Shown: positions 16,091-16,551 of the stretch, in pieces
Layout of the letters: every line of letters begins with the position of its first letter
Position numbering within the stretch: the first letter of the stretch is position 1
NCBI GenBank assembly: GCA_964247135.1
Contig: CAXTTL010000101.1
Coordinates: 1-16,551 of the forward strand
DNA from: an uncultured Deinococcales bacterium
GTDB taxonomy: Bacteria > Deinococcota > Deinococci > Deinococcales > JAAFIG01
Reading direction: 5' to 3'
DNA: 16,551 nt
Made by a program: the position numbers and the translations under genes
The notes under the pieces: generated by a model
Told to the model about the DNA's origin: nothing
What the model saw: the letters and a program-made list of their open reading frames with translations, nothing else
Database searches by the model: none

Positions 16091-16551
16091 ATGAAACAAA
16101 AATCTGGGTTCGATCTTTGGAGCTTCTGGCTCACTCGAGTGGTGCTCGCTCTTGTCTTGACGATAGGCATTCGGGTGATCGTTGCCATCTTGGACGGTGC
16201 AGGATTGCCGATGCTGGTCACTCGAGCGCTTGGATTGATGATTGGCATTGGTGCGATGCTGGGGCTGGGCAGGATCAATTGGTTGCAGACAGCCACGAAT
16301 GGTTTGACACCCAAAAATCCCGCTCGAGGATTGTTCTACGGCGCTCTTGCCGGAATCTTTTTGTACAGTTGCATCGTGCTGATTGCCGCTGTTGCAGGTT
16401 GGTATTCGGTAGGATCAATTTCATTTGATGCGGCTGGTCTGTTGCGTGTTTTTGCCTTGCTGGTTTTTGCGGCAGCCTTTGAAGAGGTTTTGTTTCGTGG
16501 CATTTTGCTTGGGTCACTCGAGAAATCCGTAGGAACCGCTTGGGCACTGGC
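16091..16551 (+). CDS. CPBP-family (CAAX/Abi) intramembrane metalloprotease, 5' part, truncated by the window end
   Basis: Not in the ORF track. Translated by hand from ATG 16091: MKQKSGFDLWSFWLTRVVLALVLTIG...LLVFAAAFEEVLFRGILLGSLEKSVGTAWAL. It has several hydrophobic helices and the EExxFRG motif, and is open to the window end. Confidence 0.88.
   Translation, partial: MKQKSGFDLWSFWLTRVVLALVLTIGIRVIVAILDGAGLPMLVTRALGLMIGIGAMLGLGRINWLQTATNGLTPKNPARGLFYGALAGIFLYSCIVLIAAVAGWYSVGSISFDAAGLLRVFALLVFAAAFEEVLFRGILLGSLEKSVGTAWAL

Larger units (their letters stand above)
93..16522. repeat. Highly iterated palindrome CTCGAG dispersed over the whole window
   Basis: About 115 copies by hand count (first 93-98, last 16517-16522), in coding and intergenic DNA. 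Confidence 0.95.

Noticed and set aside
93-16522. CTCGAG copies as XhoI cloning or ligation scars
   Set aside because: All conserved genes (trpB, trpA, acyl-CoA dehydrogenase) read intact and collinear through the sites, so they are native sequence, not chimeric junctions.
16091-16551. Anti-phage role for the Abi-named CPBP protein
   Set aside because: The Abi label for this family is historical. The sequence only supports an intramembrane protease, and there is no defence-island context.

Overview
Chromosomal, mostly housekeeping region of a bacterium that is probably Deinococcota. The taxon is inferred from a fused two-domain HspR, a Thermus/Deinococcus-like TrpA and BMP, and many leaderless-type starts. 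Gene order: STAND-ATPase/TPR/BTAD regulator (-), hspR (-), PLD-family lipoprotein with a C-terminal OB-fold, BMP-family nucleoside-binding protein, ABC ATPase (no permeases in the window), acyl-CoA dehydrogenase, S41 peptidase, M29 aminopeptidase (-), trpB, trpA, MBL hydrolase, and a CPBP protease running off the right end. The signals the genes do not explain are: (1) about 115 copies (hand count) of the palindrome CTCGAG, roughly 25 times chance, resembling cyanobacterial HIP1 and absent only from the bmp gene; (2) GTAG-type REP pairs (REPINs) in three intergenic regions; (3) a 42-codon ORF that bridges the REP-interrupted trpB-trpA junction with overlaps at both ends; (4) a -10 hexamer 5-6 nt before the start codon of seven genes.
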